Positions 9,228 to 18,657 are shown, counted from the first letter of the stretch. The stretch is 64,000 nucleotides of DNA from Candidatus Oxydemutator sp. (GCA_965203445.1 OZ241883.1:2193843-2257842); one strand, 5' to 3'. Program-made: numbers and translations. The notes: generated by a model from the sequence alone, not told the origin.

Positions 9228-9682
9228 CGATGCAGGCGGTTCTGTGCCCGGTGCACCGCGGCCTTTCGACAATCGGCGCGTGGCTGTCGCTGCTGGGACT
9301 GCGGCTGCTGCTGGCGTGGGAGTTCTGGGAAGCCGGCGTCGCCAAACTGCAAGGCGACAACTGGTTCGCCCACGTCAGCGACGAGTTCCCGTTCCCGTTC
9401 AACGCGCTGCCGGTCGGCGTCAGCTGGTTCCTGGCGACCTGGACCGAGATACTCGGCGCCCTCGGATTGGCGCTGGGTTTCGGTACGCGCTTCTGGGCCG
9501 CGGGCCTGATCGTCCTCGACGTGGTGGCGTGGGCGAGCGTGCACGCCGACAACGGCTACAACGTCTGCGACAACGGCTACAAACTGCCGCTGATGTTCCT
9601 GATCATGCTGATACCGCTGCTGTTGAGCGGCCCCGGCAAGTTCAGCATAGACCACGTCATCAGCCGGCGTTACTGGCAATGA
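9224..9682 (+). CDS. DoxX family membrane protein
   Basis: 152 aa with three or four predicted TM helices. Typical DoxX pattern (LRLLLAWEFWEAGVAKL ... GLIVLDVV). Confidence 0.85.
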   Translation: MTMQAVLCPVHRGLSTIGAWLSLLGLRLLLAWEFWEAGVAKLQGDNWFAHVSDEFPFPFNALPVGVSWFLATWTEILGALGLALGFGTRFWAAGLIVLDVVAWASVHADNGYNVCDNGYKLPLMFLIMLIPLLLSGPGKFSIDHVISRRYWQ

Positions 9683-10527
9683 CGGCGGGCGGCACTGCCA
9701 TGGTCACGGGCGCCGGCCTCGGCCTGCGTCGCGACCTGATGGACGAGATCGAGGCCGCGTGGCCGCGCCAGATCTCGTTTATGGAAGTCGCGCCGGAGAA
9801 TTGGATCGGTGCGGGCGGCGCGCTCGGACGGCGCTTCCGGCGCTTCACCGAACGCTACCCGTTCGTCTGCCACGGCCTGTCGCTGTCCGTCGGCGGCCCG
9901 GCGCCGCTCGACCGCGAACTGCTGGCGCGTATCCGCGACTTCCTGCGCGAACACCGCATCCGCCGCTACAGCGAACATTTGAGCTACTGCGCGGACGACG
10001 CGCACCTCTACGACCTGATGCCGATTCCGTTCACCGAACAAGCCGCGCGCTACGTCGCCGCGCGCATCCGCGAGGTGCAGGACTTTCTCGGCGAGCGCAT
10101 CGCAATCGAAAACGTGTCGGCCTACGTCGCGCCGGGCCAGGAGATGGAAGAGATTGACTTCATCAACCTTGTGCTGGGCGAAGCCGACTGCGACCTGCTG
10201 CTCGACGTCAACAACGTCTACGTCAACTCGGTCAACTTCGGCTTTAACGCCGACGCCTACCTCGCGCGGCTGCCGGGCGAGCGCATCGCCTGGTGCCACG
10301 TCGCCGGGCATTACAATGAGGCGAGCGACCTGATCGTGGACACGCACGGCGCCGACGTCATCGCTCCGGTGTGGGGCTTGCTTGCAAAGGCGTATTCGCT
10401 GTTCGGCCCGCTGCCGACGCTGCTCGAACGCGATTTCAACTTCCCGCCGCTGGCCAGGCTGCTCGACGAAGTCGCGCGTATCCGCGACTTGCAGCAGCGC
10501 GATGGCGAGCGCGTCGCCGCTGCATAA
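9679..10527 (+). CDS. DUF692/UPF0276 family protein (MbnB-like multinuclear non-heme iron oxidase, MNIO)
   Basis: Hallmark DUF692 motifs in order: GLGLRxxL, YSEHLS, IENVSAY, DVNNVYVNSVN, WCHVAGH, DTHG. 282 aa. The ATG overlaps the doxX stop as ATGA. The ORF-track start at 9094 is rejected as an arginine-rich read-through frame. Confidence 0.85.
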   Translation: MTAGGTAMVTGAGLGLRRDLMDEIEAAWPRQISFMEVAPENWIGAGGALGRRFRRFTERYPFVCHGLSLSVGGPAPLDRELLARIRDFLREHRIRRYSEHLSYCADDAHLYDLMPIPFTEQAARYVAARIREVQDFLGERIAIENVSAYVAPGQEMEEIDFINLVLGEADCDLLLDVNNVYVNSVNFGFNADAYLARLPGERIAWCHVAGHYNEASDLIVDTHGADVIAPVWGLLAKAYSLFGPLPTLLERDFNFPPLARLLDEVARIRDLQQRDGERVAAA

Positions 10528-10543
10528 GCGATTCGCGCGGAAG

Positions 10544-11308
10544 ATGCCCGACGACTTTCAGGCCTTTCAGGCAATACAGCGCCAACTCGCCGCGCACCTG
10601 CGCGACCCGGCCAAGCCGCCGCCGCCCGGCACCAGGCAACGCGGCCTCGGCGTATATCGCGGCCTGTTCTTCCGGAACATCGAGAGCTTTCTGTCGAACG
10701 CCTTTCCGGTGTCGCGCAAGCTCTACGGCGCCGACGACTGGAGCGATCTGGCGCGGCTGTTTTACGCGCGCCACCGCTGCCACTCCCCGTACTTCGCCGA
10801 AATACCGCGCGAGTTCATAGCCTATCTCGAAGACGAGCACGAGGCGCGCCCGTGCGACCCGCCGTTTCTGCTCGAGCTGGCGCATTACGAATGGGTCGAA
10901 CTGGCACTCGCGCGCGCCACCGACGAGACCGACGCGGCGGCGATCAACCCCGACGGCGACCTGATGGGCGGCGTGCCGGTGCCATCGCCGCTGGCGTGGC
11001 AGCACGCCTACGAGTGGCCGGTGCACCGCATCGGCCCCGATTTCCGGCCCGAAAAGCCGGGTGCTACGCCGACCTGGCTGGTGGTGTTCCGGGATCGCAA
11101 AGACCGGGTACGCTTCCTCGAACTGAATCGCCTGAGCGCCCTGCTGCTCGAAAAAATAGCCGGGCAAAGCGGCGCCACCGGCCATGAACTCATCCGACAA
11201 GTGGCGCGCGAACTGGCAATCAAAGACGCCGAAAACGCTTTCCAAAGCGGCCGCCGGATGTTGGAAACCATGCGCGCCAAAGACATCCTGCTCGGCACGC
11301 GCCGCTGA
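10544..11308 (+). CDS. DUF2063-family partner protein of DUF692 (BufC or HvfC-like)
   Basis: N-terminal DFQAFQAIQRQLAAHLRDP is typical of DUF2063. It sits immediately downstream of DUF692 as in MNIO operons. An alternative start at 10502 would overlap DUF692 by 26 nt. Confidence 0.75.
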   Translation: MPDDFQAFQAIQRQLAAHLRDPAKPPPPGTRQRGLGVYRGLFFRNIESFLSNAFPVSRKLYGADDWSDLARLFYARHRCHSPYFAEIPREFIAYLEDEHEARPCDPPFLLELAHYEWVELALARATDETDAAAINPDGDLMGGVPVPSPLAWQHAYEWPVHRIGPDFRPEKPGATPTWLVVFRDRKDRVRFLELNRLSALLLEKIAGQSGATGHELIRQVARELAIKDAENAFQSGRRMLETMRAKDILLGTRR

Positions 11309-11354
11309 CCAAAACGGCGCGCTACCCGCCCTCCTGGTCCATCATTCCCTGCGA

Positions 11355-12515
11355 TCAGGTATTCAGCCCGACAACGGCGCTCCCCATCACGGCGACTTCG
11401 CTCATTCTGTTCCTCGCGGTCTCGCAGTATTCCTTCGAGACGTCTATGCCGAGGTAGCGGCGGTTGGTTTTTTTGGCGACCACGGTCGTGGTGCCGGCGC
11501 CGTTGAAGGGGTCGAGGATGAGGTCGCCCTGGAAACTGAACAAGCGTATCGCGCGGTCGGCGAGACCTTCAGGAAACATCGCCGGGTGGTTGTATTTTTT
11601 CATGTTGCGTTCCGGCGCGACCACCCATTTGCCGACGACCCATTTCTTGAACTCGTCGGCGGTGACGTCTATATGCTCGCGGTCGCCGGATTTTTTCAAA
11701 TCACCCTTGCAGAAGATCTCGATGAACTCCCAGGTGTATTTCAAATACGGATTGCTCGGGCTTTTCCAGCTGCCCCAGGCCGTGTATTTGCAGTTGTAGT
11801 TGTTCTTCTCCCACAGAATCTCGCCTTTCCAAATCAGCTTTTTGGCGAGGAAATAGTTGCTGATGACGTGGTGGCTCGGAATATAGTCGGAGTACAGCGG
11901 TTGGACGTTGACGATGACGCGCCCGCCGTGCTTGAGAACGCGGATGCACTGATCGAACACCGCAAAAAGTCGGTCGAAGTAACTTTGCCAGTCGCGGTCG
12001 TCCGGAGATTGTTCGTAGTCGAGGCCGAAGTTGTAGGGCGGCGACGTGAAAATCAGGTCCACGCAGTTGCCCGGCAATTTTTTCAGCACCTGCGCGCCGT
12101 CGCCGCAAATAATCCTGTTCTCGTAGCGCGCCGGCAGTGGATTGTTCTCGAGCGGGTGGTCGTTGCCCTTCGCGTAGTAGAACTTGCCGCGCCGAACTTC
12201 CTTCACGGCGCGGTTTTTGACCTTGCGCTCCTTGTTGAAACCGACGTAGTTGCGCTTGCGCCCGCGGATGCCGTAACTGCCGACTTTCTCGATTGCGGCG
12301 ACGACTTCGGCGAGCAGGCCGTTGCCGCCGGACAACTCCTCGGCCGATTGCCGCAGCCGCGCCACGTCCACTTCGCGCAGCAGGATGCGCACCGTGTTTC
12401 CGTCCGCCACCACGCGCAAATCCCGCTCGCGGAAGCGATGGTTGAAAACCTCGAGCAGCCCAATCTCTTTTTTGCTGAGAGATTGGTTCCGGCTGATTTG
12501 AATTTCCTTATACAT
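11355..12515 (-). CDS. DNA methyltransferase, beta class (N4-cytosine or N6-adenine), with an extra N-terminal domain of about 110 aa
   Basis: Motif IV SPPY (DLIFTSPPY) precedes motif I DPFNGAGTT, which gives the beta permutation. ATG at 12515 (MYKEIQ). Lower GC than the flanking core genes. Confidence 0.85.
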   Translation of the reverse strand: MYKEIQISRNQSLSKKEIGLLEVFNHRFRERDLRVVADGNTVRILLREVDVARLRQSAEELSGGNGLLAEVVAAIEKVGSYGIRGRKRNYVGFNKERKVKNRAVKEVRRGKFYYAKGNDHPLENNPLPARYENRIICGDGAQVLKKLPGNCVDLIFTSPPYNFGLDYEQSPDDRDWQSYFDRLFAVFDQCIRVLKHGGRVIVNVQPLYSDYIPSHHVISNYFLAKKLIWKGEILWEKNNYNCKYTAWGSWKSPSNPYLKYTWEFIEIFCKGDLKKSGDREHIDVTADEFKKWVVGKWVVAPERNMKKYNHPAMFPEGLADRAIRLFSFQGDLILDPFNGAGTTTVVAKKTNRRYLGIDVSKEYCETARNRMSEVAVMGSAVVGLNT

Positions 12516-12675
12516 GATGCGTGATGCGATAATCCGAGCAGGTATTCGCGGCAAGTTGTTCCATTATATCGGGATCTGGTAATCCGTATGAGTGCCATAT
12601 ATGAACTTGACAAATATGGGATTTATATAATATAATGTAGCCTTATATATCATTCTCTTATTGGGTGAAATAGCA
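12516..12675. promoter_or_regulatory. AT-rich divergent promoter region between the methyltransferase and the GHKL-ATPase operon
   Basis: About 160 bp at well under 40% GC inside a window of about 65% GC. It contains several TATAAT or TATATA -10-like elements (for example ATATAATATAATGTAG). Confidence 0.35.
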
Positions 12676-14190
12676 ATGCCGACCAGCAAAGTCAACGTCA
12701 AAAGGTTAGTCCGCGATCTTGCAGAGATGTATCATGACGATACGTTTAACGTCGTCATCATTGAACTGGTCGCCAATGCACTGGATGCCAAGGCAAGCAA
12801 AATTTCGCTCACCTGGGACGGCCAGAGACACATACTGGTTGTACAGGATGATGGCAAAGGGATGGATTCCGGGGATTTCGAGGAGTACCACGACTTCGCC
12901 GCTGAACTGAAAACTCGTGGGGATGGCATAGGATTCGCCGGTGTCGGTGCCAAGATCAGTTTCAATATTGCCAGCCGCGTAGTCACCAAAACCCGCCACA
13001 AAGGTCGCTTCAGGGCATCCGACTGGCGTTGGGATGGCCACGATCTCCATTGGAAGGATATTTCAGGCGCCGACGAGGTCCAGGTACCAGGCGGACTCAA
13101 TGCCGGCGGCACTCGCGTCGAAGTACACTTCAACCATAAGCAGGTCCCTGAAAACATCGGCGCTGATTACCTTGAAAACGTACTGAAACGCCATTACCTC
13201 CCGCTTTTTGCGAACGAGTTTGTGCGCTCGTACTCGGGCATGGGACTCTACCCGGGAGAGCCTAGGTTCCTAATCAACGGATCGCCAGTACAACGGAGCA
13301 ATCTGTCCGACGTGGCGGCATTGGACAAGCGCCATGATTTCCCCGTCAAGGTGCGCAAGAAGATAGTCGGCTGGGGCGCGATTGGCGTTTCTGAGAAAGA
13401 CTGTCCGGCAGGCCCGGACTCTTACGGGGTACTGCTCTGCACTCGCGGAAAGGTGATTATGCCGGAAATGTTCGGACTGCCTACGGGCAGACTCGGTACA
13501 AAACTGTTCGGTATCGTCGAAATCCCCGGCCTCATTACATATCTGACCACCAACAAATCCGGCTTGAAAAAAAGCGGTCGCGGATGCAATCAACTTCTGG
13601 CTCCCGTCCGCGAAGAATTGAAGAAATTTCTCGCCAAACACGGGGTCGCGGTTGCAGAACCGCAGCGCAATCCACTGTCGGCGAAACTGGAACGGGAGCT
13701 GACAAAGATCGTAAAGCAGATGCCGGAGCTGCGGGATTTCCGCGGACTGCGGCGCGAATCATCCGCCCTTCGCAAAAACGAGGACGGCGACACACCTGCC
13801 TCCCCGCAGGAACCTTCTCCCAAGATCGGCGACGACCAATCTGGCGACGGCGACGACAACGGGAGCGACAATGGACACGGGAGCGAGTCCCGCAAGGAGG
13901 ACGAGGCGGGCAAGACACGGACAAAACGCCAATCATCGCGCAGGAATCAAGGTCCTCGGGTCGCCTTTGAAAATTACCCGGACCGGAATGAAACCGCCTG
14001 GCTCAATTCCGACACCATCATCATCAACAGCGGACACCCGGCCTATTGTCGCCAAACCACACAAAGCCAGGCAAAACTAACCTACTGCATGTTCGCCATC
14101 GGCGTCGCATTAGACAAGGCCAACCTCGTTGAATCTGACAATGACACCAGCTATGTGGACCGGTTGATCACAGCCTGGGGTCAGTTGTGA
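12676..14190 (+). CDS. GHKL-superfamily (HATPase_c) ATP-binding protein with a long C-terminal extension containing an acidic S/G/D-rich low-complexity linker
   Basis: Bergerat-fold N box ELVANALDA, G1 box DDGKGM, G2 box GIGFAGVGAK. The track start at 12661 is TTG; ATG at 12676 is preferred. Confidence 0.7.
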   Translation: MPTSKVNVKRLVRDLAEMYHDDTFNVVIIELVANALDAKASKISLTWDGQRHILVVQDDGKGMDSGDFEEYHDFAAELKTRGDGIGFAGVGAKISFNIASRVVTKTRHKGRFRASDWRWDGHDLHWKDISGADEVQVPGGLNAGGTRVEVHFNHKQVPENIGADYLENVLKRHYLPLFANEFVRSYSGMGLYPGEPRFLINGSPVQRSNLSDVAALDKRHDFPVKVRKKIVGWGAIGVSEKDCPAGPDSYGVLLCTRGKVIMPEMFGLPTGRLGTKLFGIVEIPGLITYLTTNKSGLKKSGRGCNQLLAPVREELKKFLAKHGVAVAEPQRNPLSAKLERELTKIVKQMPELRDFRGLRRESSALRKNEDGDTPASPQEPSPKIGDDQSGDGDDNGSDNGHGSESRKEDEAGKTRTKRQSSRRNQGPRVAFENYPDRNETAWLNSDTIIINSGHPAYCRQTTQSQAKLTYCMFAIGVALDKANLVESDNDTSYVDRLITAWGQL

Positions 14191-14666
14191 CCGGCAGTAA
14201 AGAGCGTTGTGCCGCCGTCACTTTCAAAAAACGCGGAAGCACGTATCGGGGAACGGTGTTTCTTAGCAATCTCGCCCTGCTCCGCAACGATCCCGCTGAA
14301 ACGATGCGCGAGGTGACGACCATCTATCGAAAAGCGATGGCGGACGTGCGATGCTGGCAAAGCGACGTCAACGCATTGCGCCAATCCAGGGTACCTTTAT
14401 CTGCCCGAAAAGCCTGGGAGCTGGGAGACATTCTGCACAGATTGAAGACGGACCTCGCAAAACGCAGATGCCGCCTGGATGGCCTCTACGACCATCTGCA
14501 ACGGCACATCGGGCTCGCTCCCAGGCGCGCAAGCAGTTTCGTGACCTTTCGCAGGTACGTGAAGGATCCCGCTTCCATACCTGAAAACCTCAAATGGCAC
14601 AGCATGGAAAAGACCGCGAAATTGTCCAGCCGGGGCATTGCCGCCAATCCGTCGTCGAGGCAATAG
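14187..14666 (+). CDS. Hypothetical protein, 159 aa, second gene of the GHKL operon
   Basis: Its GTG start overlaps the upstream TGA as GTGA. It ends 2 nt before the next ATG. No recognisable motif. Confidence 0.45.
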   Translation: MTGSKERCAAVTFKKRGSTYRGTVFLSNLALLRNDPAETMREVTTIYRKAMADVRCWQSDVNALRQSRVPLSARKAWELGDILHRLKTDLAKRRCRLDGLYDHLQRHIGLAPRRASSFVTFRRYVKDPASIPENLKWHSMEKTAKLSSRGIAANPSSRQ

Positions 14667-14668
14667 CG

Positions 14669-16234
14669 ATGTCGGACGCACTGGGACTACTAATTGACAA
14701 GGTGATCCAAAAACTGGCTGACCAACCTTGGCGGCTGAGGGGCACGTCTGCATCCCGCATCAACAAAGCAATCGAAGCGCTGGCCGGCCAACGAGCCGTG
14801 TTCTCGACCATGGACATCGCCACTTATGCCGATTTGGAGCAGGTGGGCGACGCTATAAAAAACGCCGTCCACGCATATTGCGAAAATCGAATCATCGTGT
14901 GTTCCGAGCAACAAAACAACGCGGCGTCCCGCCGCCGCTATCTGGGCACCCGCGTAGTCAGGCAATGGTGGATCGGTCTGACGAAGCGATTGGTCGAATT
15001 GGGGGACGTGAATTTCCTGACAAAAAACCAACTCGCCGCCACGATGTCTCTCGCGTTCAGAGCTTCTCCGCCGTGGAACACCCCTCCCCAAAACCTGCTG
15101 AACATCGGACACCGGTGGGCCATGGTCGCCGCCGGCCACAAACCAGGCACTTTTGTATTTCCGTGGGCAATAATCCTGCGTGCCTACCCTCAGGCAAAAG
15201 GTTGGTTTCGCTTGAATTTCGCCGACGAGAAACGGCTGTTGCAATTAAGGGAATTATCCCTTGAGAGCGTGCTGGACAAAGCTCTGGAAACTTTGGACTC
15301 GCGGGAAGCCGAGGTGGTCCGCAGCCATTTCGGCATAAACACGGATCGTTCGACGTTGGATAAGATCGGCAAACAGTACGACGTCACCAGGGAACGCATC
15401 CGCCAAATTGAAAAAGAGGCCCTGGCCAAACTGCGTCACCACGTATGGCCCGGGTTTGCAGCTGATTTTGTCACATCCAAAGGATCATTATTGATTCCTT
15501 ATCCGCTATCACCGCACTATAAACTGCTTGTCCGCTGCACCGATCTGAATATCACCGATCTCCTGGAACTCAAAAAACTCTGTGTCATTGACATCGGACG
15601 TGAAACCAATTACCAAGATCTTTCTATCTTTCCCCGTGCCGATGCCGTGCGCATAAATGAAATCAGAGAACAACGTCTATACAGACTAGGCACCCGTTCA
15701 AGACCGCAAATGTTGTTCGTGGCCCTGCGCTCATTAGGCCGTGCCGCGCATTACGAAGAAATAGCGCAATGGTGCAATCAGCGATTTCCAGAGAGGCAGT
15801 GCTCTATACAAAACTGGCACGTCGCGCTTTCACGCTGCGCAAAAGACGAAACTTCCGGCATCGTATGGATAGGGGCAAAAGGGAAGTATGGCCTCAAAGA
15901 ACACGGCTACTCCCGCCCAAAAACGAGTCTGCATGACGCCGTCGCCCGGATCGTCAAGGACATCTACGCTGAGAAAAAGACCCCGGTGCCGCGTGAGACC
16001 GTGGTACGCGAACTGCGCAAGCAACGCAGAGAACTGAACCCGAACAGTGTCGGTATAGCGCTTAATCTCAACGACAGATTGGAAACCACGCCGAACGGCT
16101 ATATCCCGAAAGCGGGTATTTCCGAAGCGCCACCCGATATCCCCCGCTCCCGGCGGTACGACGTCGCCGCCGGCTTCAGGGCATTTGCCACTGCCGAGAA
16201 CGGCAACGATCAACCAACCGGAACCGAGAAATAA
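14669..16234 (+). CDS. DNA-binding protein with a sigma-70 region-4-like HTH and a C-terminal HARE-HTH-like winged helix
   Basis: The central segment LDSREAEVVRSHFGINTDRSTLDKIGKQYDVTRERIRQIEKEALAKL matches a sigma-70 region 4 fold. The C-terminal AHYEEIAQW...IVWIGAKGKYGLKEHGY resembles the HARE-HTH signature (YGLKEW). The N-terminal 230 aa are unassigned. Confidence 0.55.
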   Translation: MSDALGLLIDKVIQKLADQPWRLRGTSASRINKAIEALAGQRAVFSTMDIATYADLEQVGDAIKNAVHAYCENRIIVCSEQQNNAASRRRYLGTRVVRQWWIGLTKRLVELGDVNFLTKNQLAATMSLAFRASPPWNTPPQNLLNIGHRWAMVAAGHKPGTFVFPWAIILRAYPQAKGWFRLNFADEKRLLQLRELSLESVLDKALETLDSREAEVVRSHFGINTDRSTLDKIGKQYDVTRERIRQIEKEALAKLRHHVWPGFAADFVTSKGSLLIPYPLSPHYKLLVRCTDLNITDLLELKKLCVIDIGRETNYQDLSIFPRADAVRINEIREQRLYRLGTRSRPQMLFVALRSLGRAAHYEEIAQWCNQRFPERQCSIQNWHVALSRCAKDETSGIVWIGAKGKYGLKEHGYSRPKTSLHDAVARIVKDIYAEKKTPVPRETVVRELRKQRRELNPNSVGIALNLNDRLETTPNGYIPKAGISEAPPDIPRSRRYDVAAGFRAFATAENGNDQPTGTEK

Positions 16235-16444
16235 ATAGCAACCGTGAGCAGAAATCCGTTTTACCTCCTATCCTTTATTTCTCTCCCGAAGGAGGATGGT
16301 GTACAAGGCACTCTTCTCATAGACGGCGGTTGCCACCAGCCGCCGGTTCGGGCATAATCGCTGCCCTCTCGGGCGCCCGGGCGCGGCGCGGTTGCCGAGA
16401 TTCAGACGAACCCAACCACAGCTGAATACAGCAAGGAACCAACT

Positions 16445-17701
16445 ATGCCAGGACGCAATTTCCTATTCGTACCGGGTCCGACCAACATTCCCGTCGCGAT
16501 CCAAAACGCGATGAACATTCCGCAGGAGGACCACCGCCGACCCGATTTTCACAAACTGACCAAGCCCCTGATCACCGACGTCAACAAGGTCTTCAAGACC
16601 AGGAGCGGGCGTTCGTTTCTGTTTCCGGCGACCGGCACCGCGGGTTGGGAAGTCGCGCTCGCCAACACGATGTCGCCGGGCGACAAGGTGCTGACGTCGC
16701 GTTTCGGCCAGTTCAGCCACCTGTGGTGGGACCTGGCGGTGCGCATCGGCCTCGACGTCGAGACGATAGACGTGCCGTGGGGCGAGGGCGTGCCGGTCGA
16801 GAAGTTCCGCCGCCGCCTCGAGCGCGACAAGAAGCACGAGATCAAGGGCGTGCTGGTGTGCCACAACGAGACCGCGACCGGCGTTACCAGCGACGTCGCC
16901 GGACTGCGCAACGCGATGGACTCGGTCAAGCACCCGGCGATGCTGTTCGTGGACGGCGTAAGCTCGATTGCCAGCATTGATTTCCGAATGGACGAATGGG
17001 GCGTGGACGTCGCCGTCAGCGGCTCGCAAAAAGGCTTCATGCTGCCGGCGGGCATGGCCATCGTGTGTTTCAGCCGCCGCGCGCTGGCTGCCAGAAAACG
17101 CGCCAAATGCGCGCGCTGCTTCTTGGACATTCAGGACCATATCAACGCCAACAAGGACGGTTTCTTTCCGTACACGCCGTCCATCCCGCTGCTGCACGGG
17201 CTGAAGAAATCGCTCGAAATACTGCTCGTCGAGGAGGGCCTGGAAAACATCTTCAAACGCCACCACCGCCTGGCCGAAGGCGTGCGCCGCGCGATTGCGG
17301 CGTGGGGTTTGAGGCCGGTGGCGAAGAAGCCGGCGTGGTATTCGGACACGGTCACCGCGATCCGCGTGCCGGCGCGCTGCGACGCGCGCGACGTCATGGA
17401 CTACGCCTACCACCGCTACAACGTCTCGTTGGGCGCCGGCCTGTCGGTGCTGGCGGGCAAGGCGTTTCGCATCGGCCACCTGGGCGATCACAACGAGACC
17501 TCGGTGCTGGCGTGCCTGGCCGGAACCGAAATGGCGCTGCGCGACGCCGGGCTGCGCGTCATCCCGGGCGTCGGCGTCGGCGCCGCTCTCGAGTACTACC
17601 GCAAGACCGCGGCGCCGATGAGGGTCAAGCTGACGACCGAGAAGATGACAACCGCGAGCAAGGGCAAGGGCACCAAAAAAGGCGCCATCGTGCGGCGCTG
17701 A
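16445..17701 (+). CDS. sgaA: Serine--glyoxylate (class V) aminotransferase
   Basis: Class V aminotransferase fold (FVPGPTN ... SGSQKG PLP-lysine region). It is placed first in a serine-cycle-like cluster. Confidence 0.8.
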   Translation: MPGRNFLFVPGPTNIPVAIQNAMNIPQEDHRRPDFHKLTKPLITDVNKVFKTRSGRSFLFPATGTAGWEVALANTMSPGDKVLTSRFGQFSHLWWDLAVRIGLDVETIDVPWGEGVPVEKFRRRLERDKKHEIKGVLVCHNETATGVTSDVAGLRNAMDSVKHPAMLFVDGVSSIASIDFRMDEWGVDVAVSGSQKGFMLPAGMAIVCFSRRALAARKRAKCARCFLDIQDHINANKDGFFPYTPSIPLLHGLKKSLEILLVEEGLENIFKRHHRLAEGVRRAIAAWGLRPVAKKPAWYSDTVTAIRVPARCDARDVMDYAYHRYNVSLGAGLSVLAGKAFRIGHLGDHNETSVLACLAGTEMALRDAGLRVIPGVGVGAALEYYRKTAAPMRVKLTTEKMTTASKGKGTKKGAIVRR

Positions 17702-17709
17702 GGCGAGCG

Positions 17710-18657
17710 ATGAGCCATACACGCTTTGAGCCTGCGAAGGCGCGCCTGCAACGCAGCGAACTCGCGGTGCCGGGATCGAACCCGCGCATGATCGAAAAAG
17801 CGCTCGCGTGCGCCGCCGACTACGTGTTCCTCGATCTCGAGGACGCGGTCGCGCCCGACGACAAGGAGCAGGCGCGCAAGAACGTCATCGAGGCGCTGAA
17901 CGATCTCGACTGGAAAAACTCCGGCAAGACGGTGTCGGTGCGCATCAACGGCCTCGACACGCATTACATGTACCGCGACGTCGTCGACGTGATCGAGCAG
18001 GCCGGCCGCAATCTCGACACGATCCTGGTGCCGAAGGTCGGCGTGCCGGACGACCTCTACACCGTGGACGTCCTGGTCACGCAGATCGAGGAGGCCAAAG
18101 GCATCGAGCATCGAATCGGCCTGGAAGCGTTGATCGAGACCGCGCTCGGCATGGCCAACGTCGAGCGCATCGCGGCCGCGCGCGGCACGCGCCTCGAGGC
18201 GTTGCATTTCGGCGTCGCCGATTACGCCGCCAGCAACCGCGCGCGCACCGTCAACATCGGCGGCTTGAACCCCGACTACCCGGGCGACCAGTGGCACGCC
18301 GCGATCACGCGCATGACGGTCGCCTGCCGCGCCTTCGGCCTGCGCCCGATAGACGGGCCGTTCGGCGACTTCAACGACGCCGACGGCTACACGCTGGCGG
18401 CGAAGCGCGGCGCGGCGCTCGGCATCGAGGGCAAGTGGGCGATACACCCGTCGCAGATCGCGCTCGCAAACGACGTATTTTCGCCGCCCGCGTCCGAGGT
18501 CGAAAAAGCGCGCCGCATCCTCGAGGAACTCGCAAAAGCCGCGCGCGAAGGGCGCGGGGCGGCGTCGCTCGACGGCAGGATGATAGACGCGGCGTCGGCG
18601 CGCATGGCCGAGAACGTCGTCAACATGGCCGCGGCAATCGAGGCGAAACAAGGCTGA
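17710..18657 (+). CDS. mcl: Malyl-CoA lyase, HpcH/HpaI/CitE family
   Basis: 315 aa in the CitE-like fold (DLEDAV ... EALIETA ... GFDG-type motifs), adjacent to mtkAB. Confidence 0.8.
   Translation: MSHTRFEPAKARLQRSELAVPGSNPRMIEKALACAADYVFLDLEDAVAPDDKEQARKNVIEALNDLDWKNSGKTVSVRINGLDTHYMYRDVVDVIEQAGRNLDTILVPKVGVPDDLYTVDVLVTQIEEAKGIEHRIGLEALIETALGMANVERIAAARGTRLEALHFGVADYAASNRARTVNIGGLNPDYPGDQWHAAITRMTVACRAFGLRPIDGPFGDFNDADGYTLAAKRGAALGIEGKWAIHPSQIALANDVFSPPASEVEKARRILEELAKAAREGRGAASLDGRMIDAASARMAENVVNMAAAIEAKQG

Noticed and set aside
9094-9678. N-terminal extension of the DUF692 ORF, which the track starts at 9094
   Set aside because: The extension is an R-rich read-through frame that overlaps doxX. 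The conserved DUF692 N-terminus GAGLGLR begins just after the ATG at 9679.
12661-12675. The TTG start at 12661 for the GHKL gene, and the GTG at 55471 for the Smr gene
   Set aside because: Nearby in-frame ATG codons (12676 and 55489) are more plausible starts. The track labels all alternative start codons as M.
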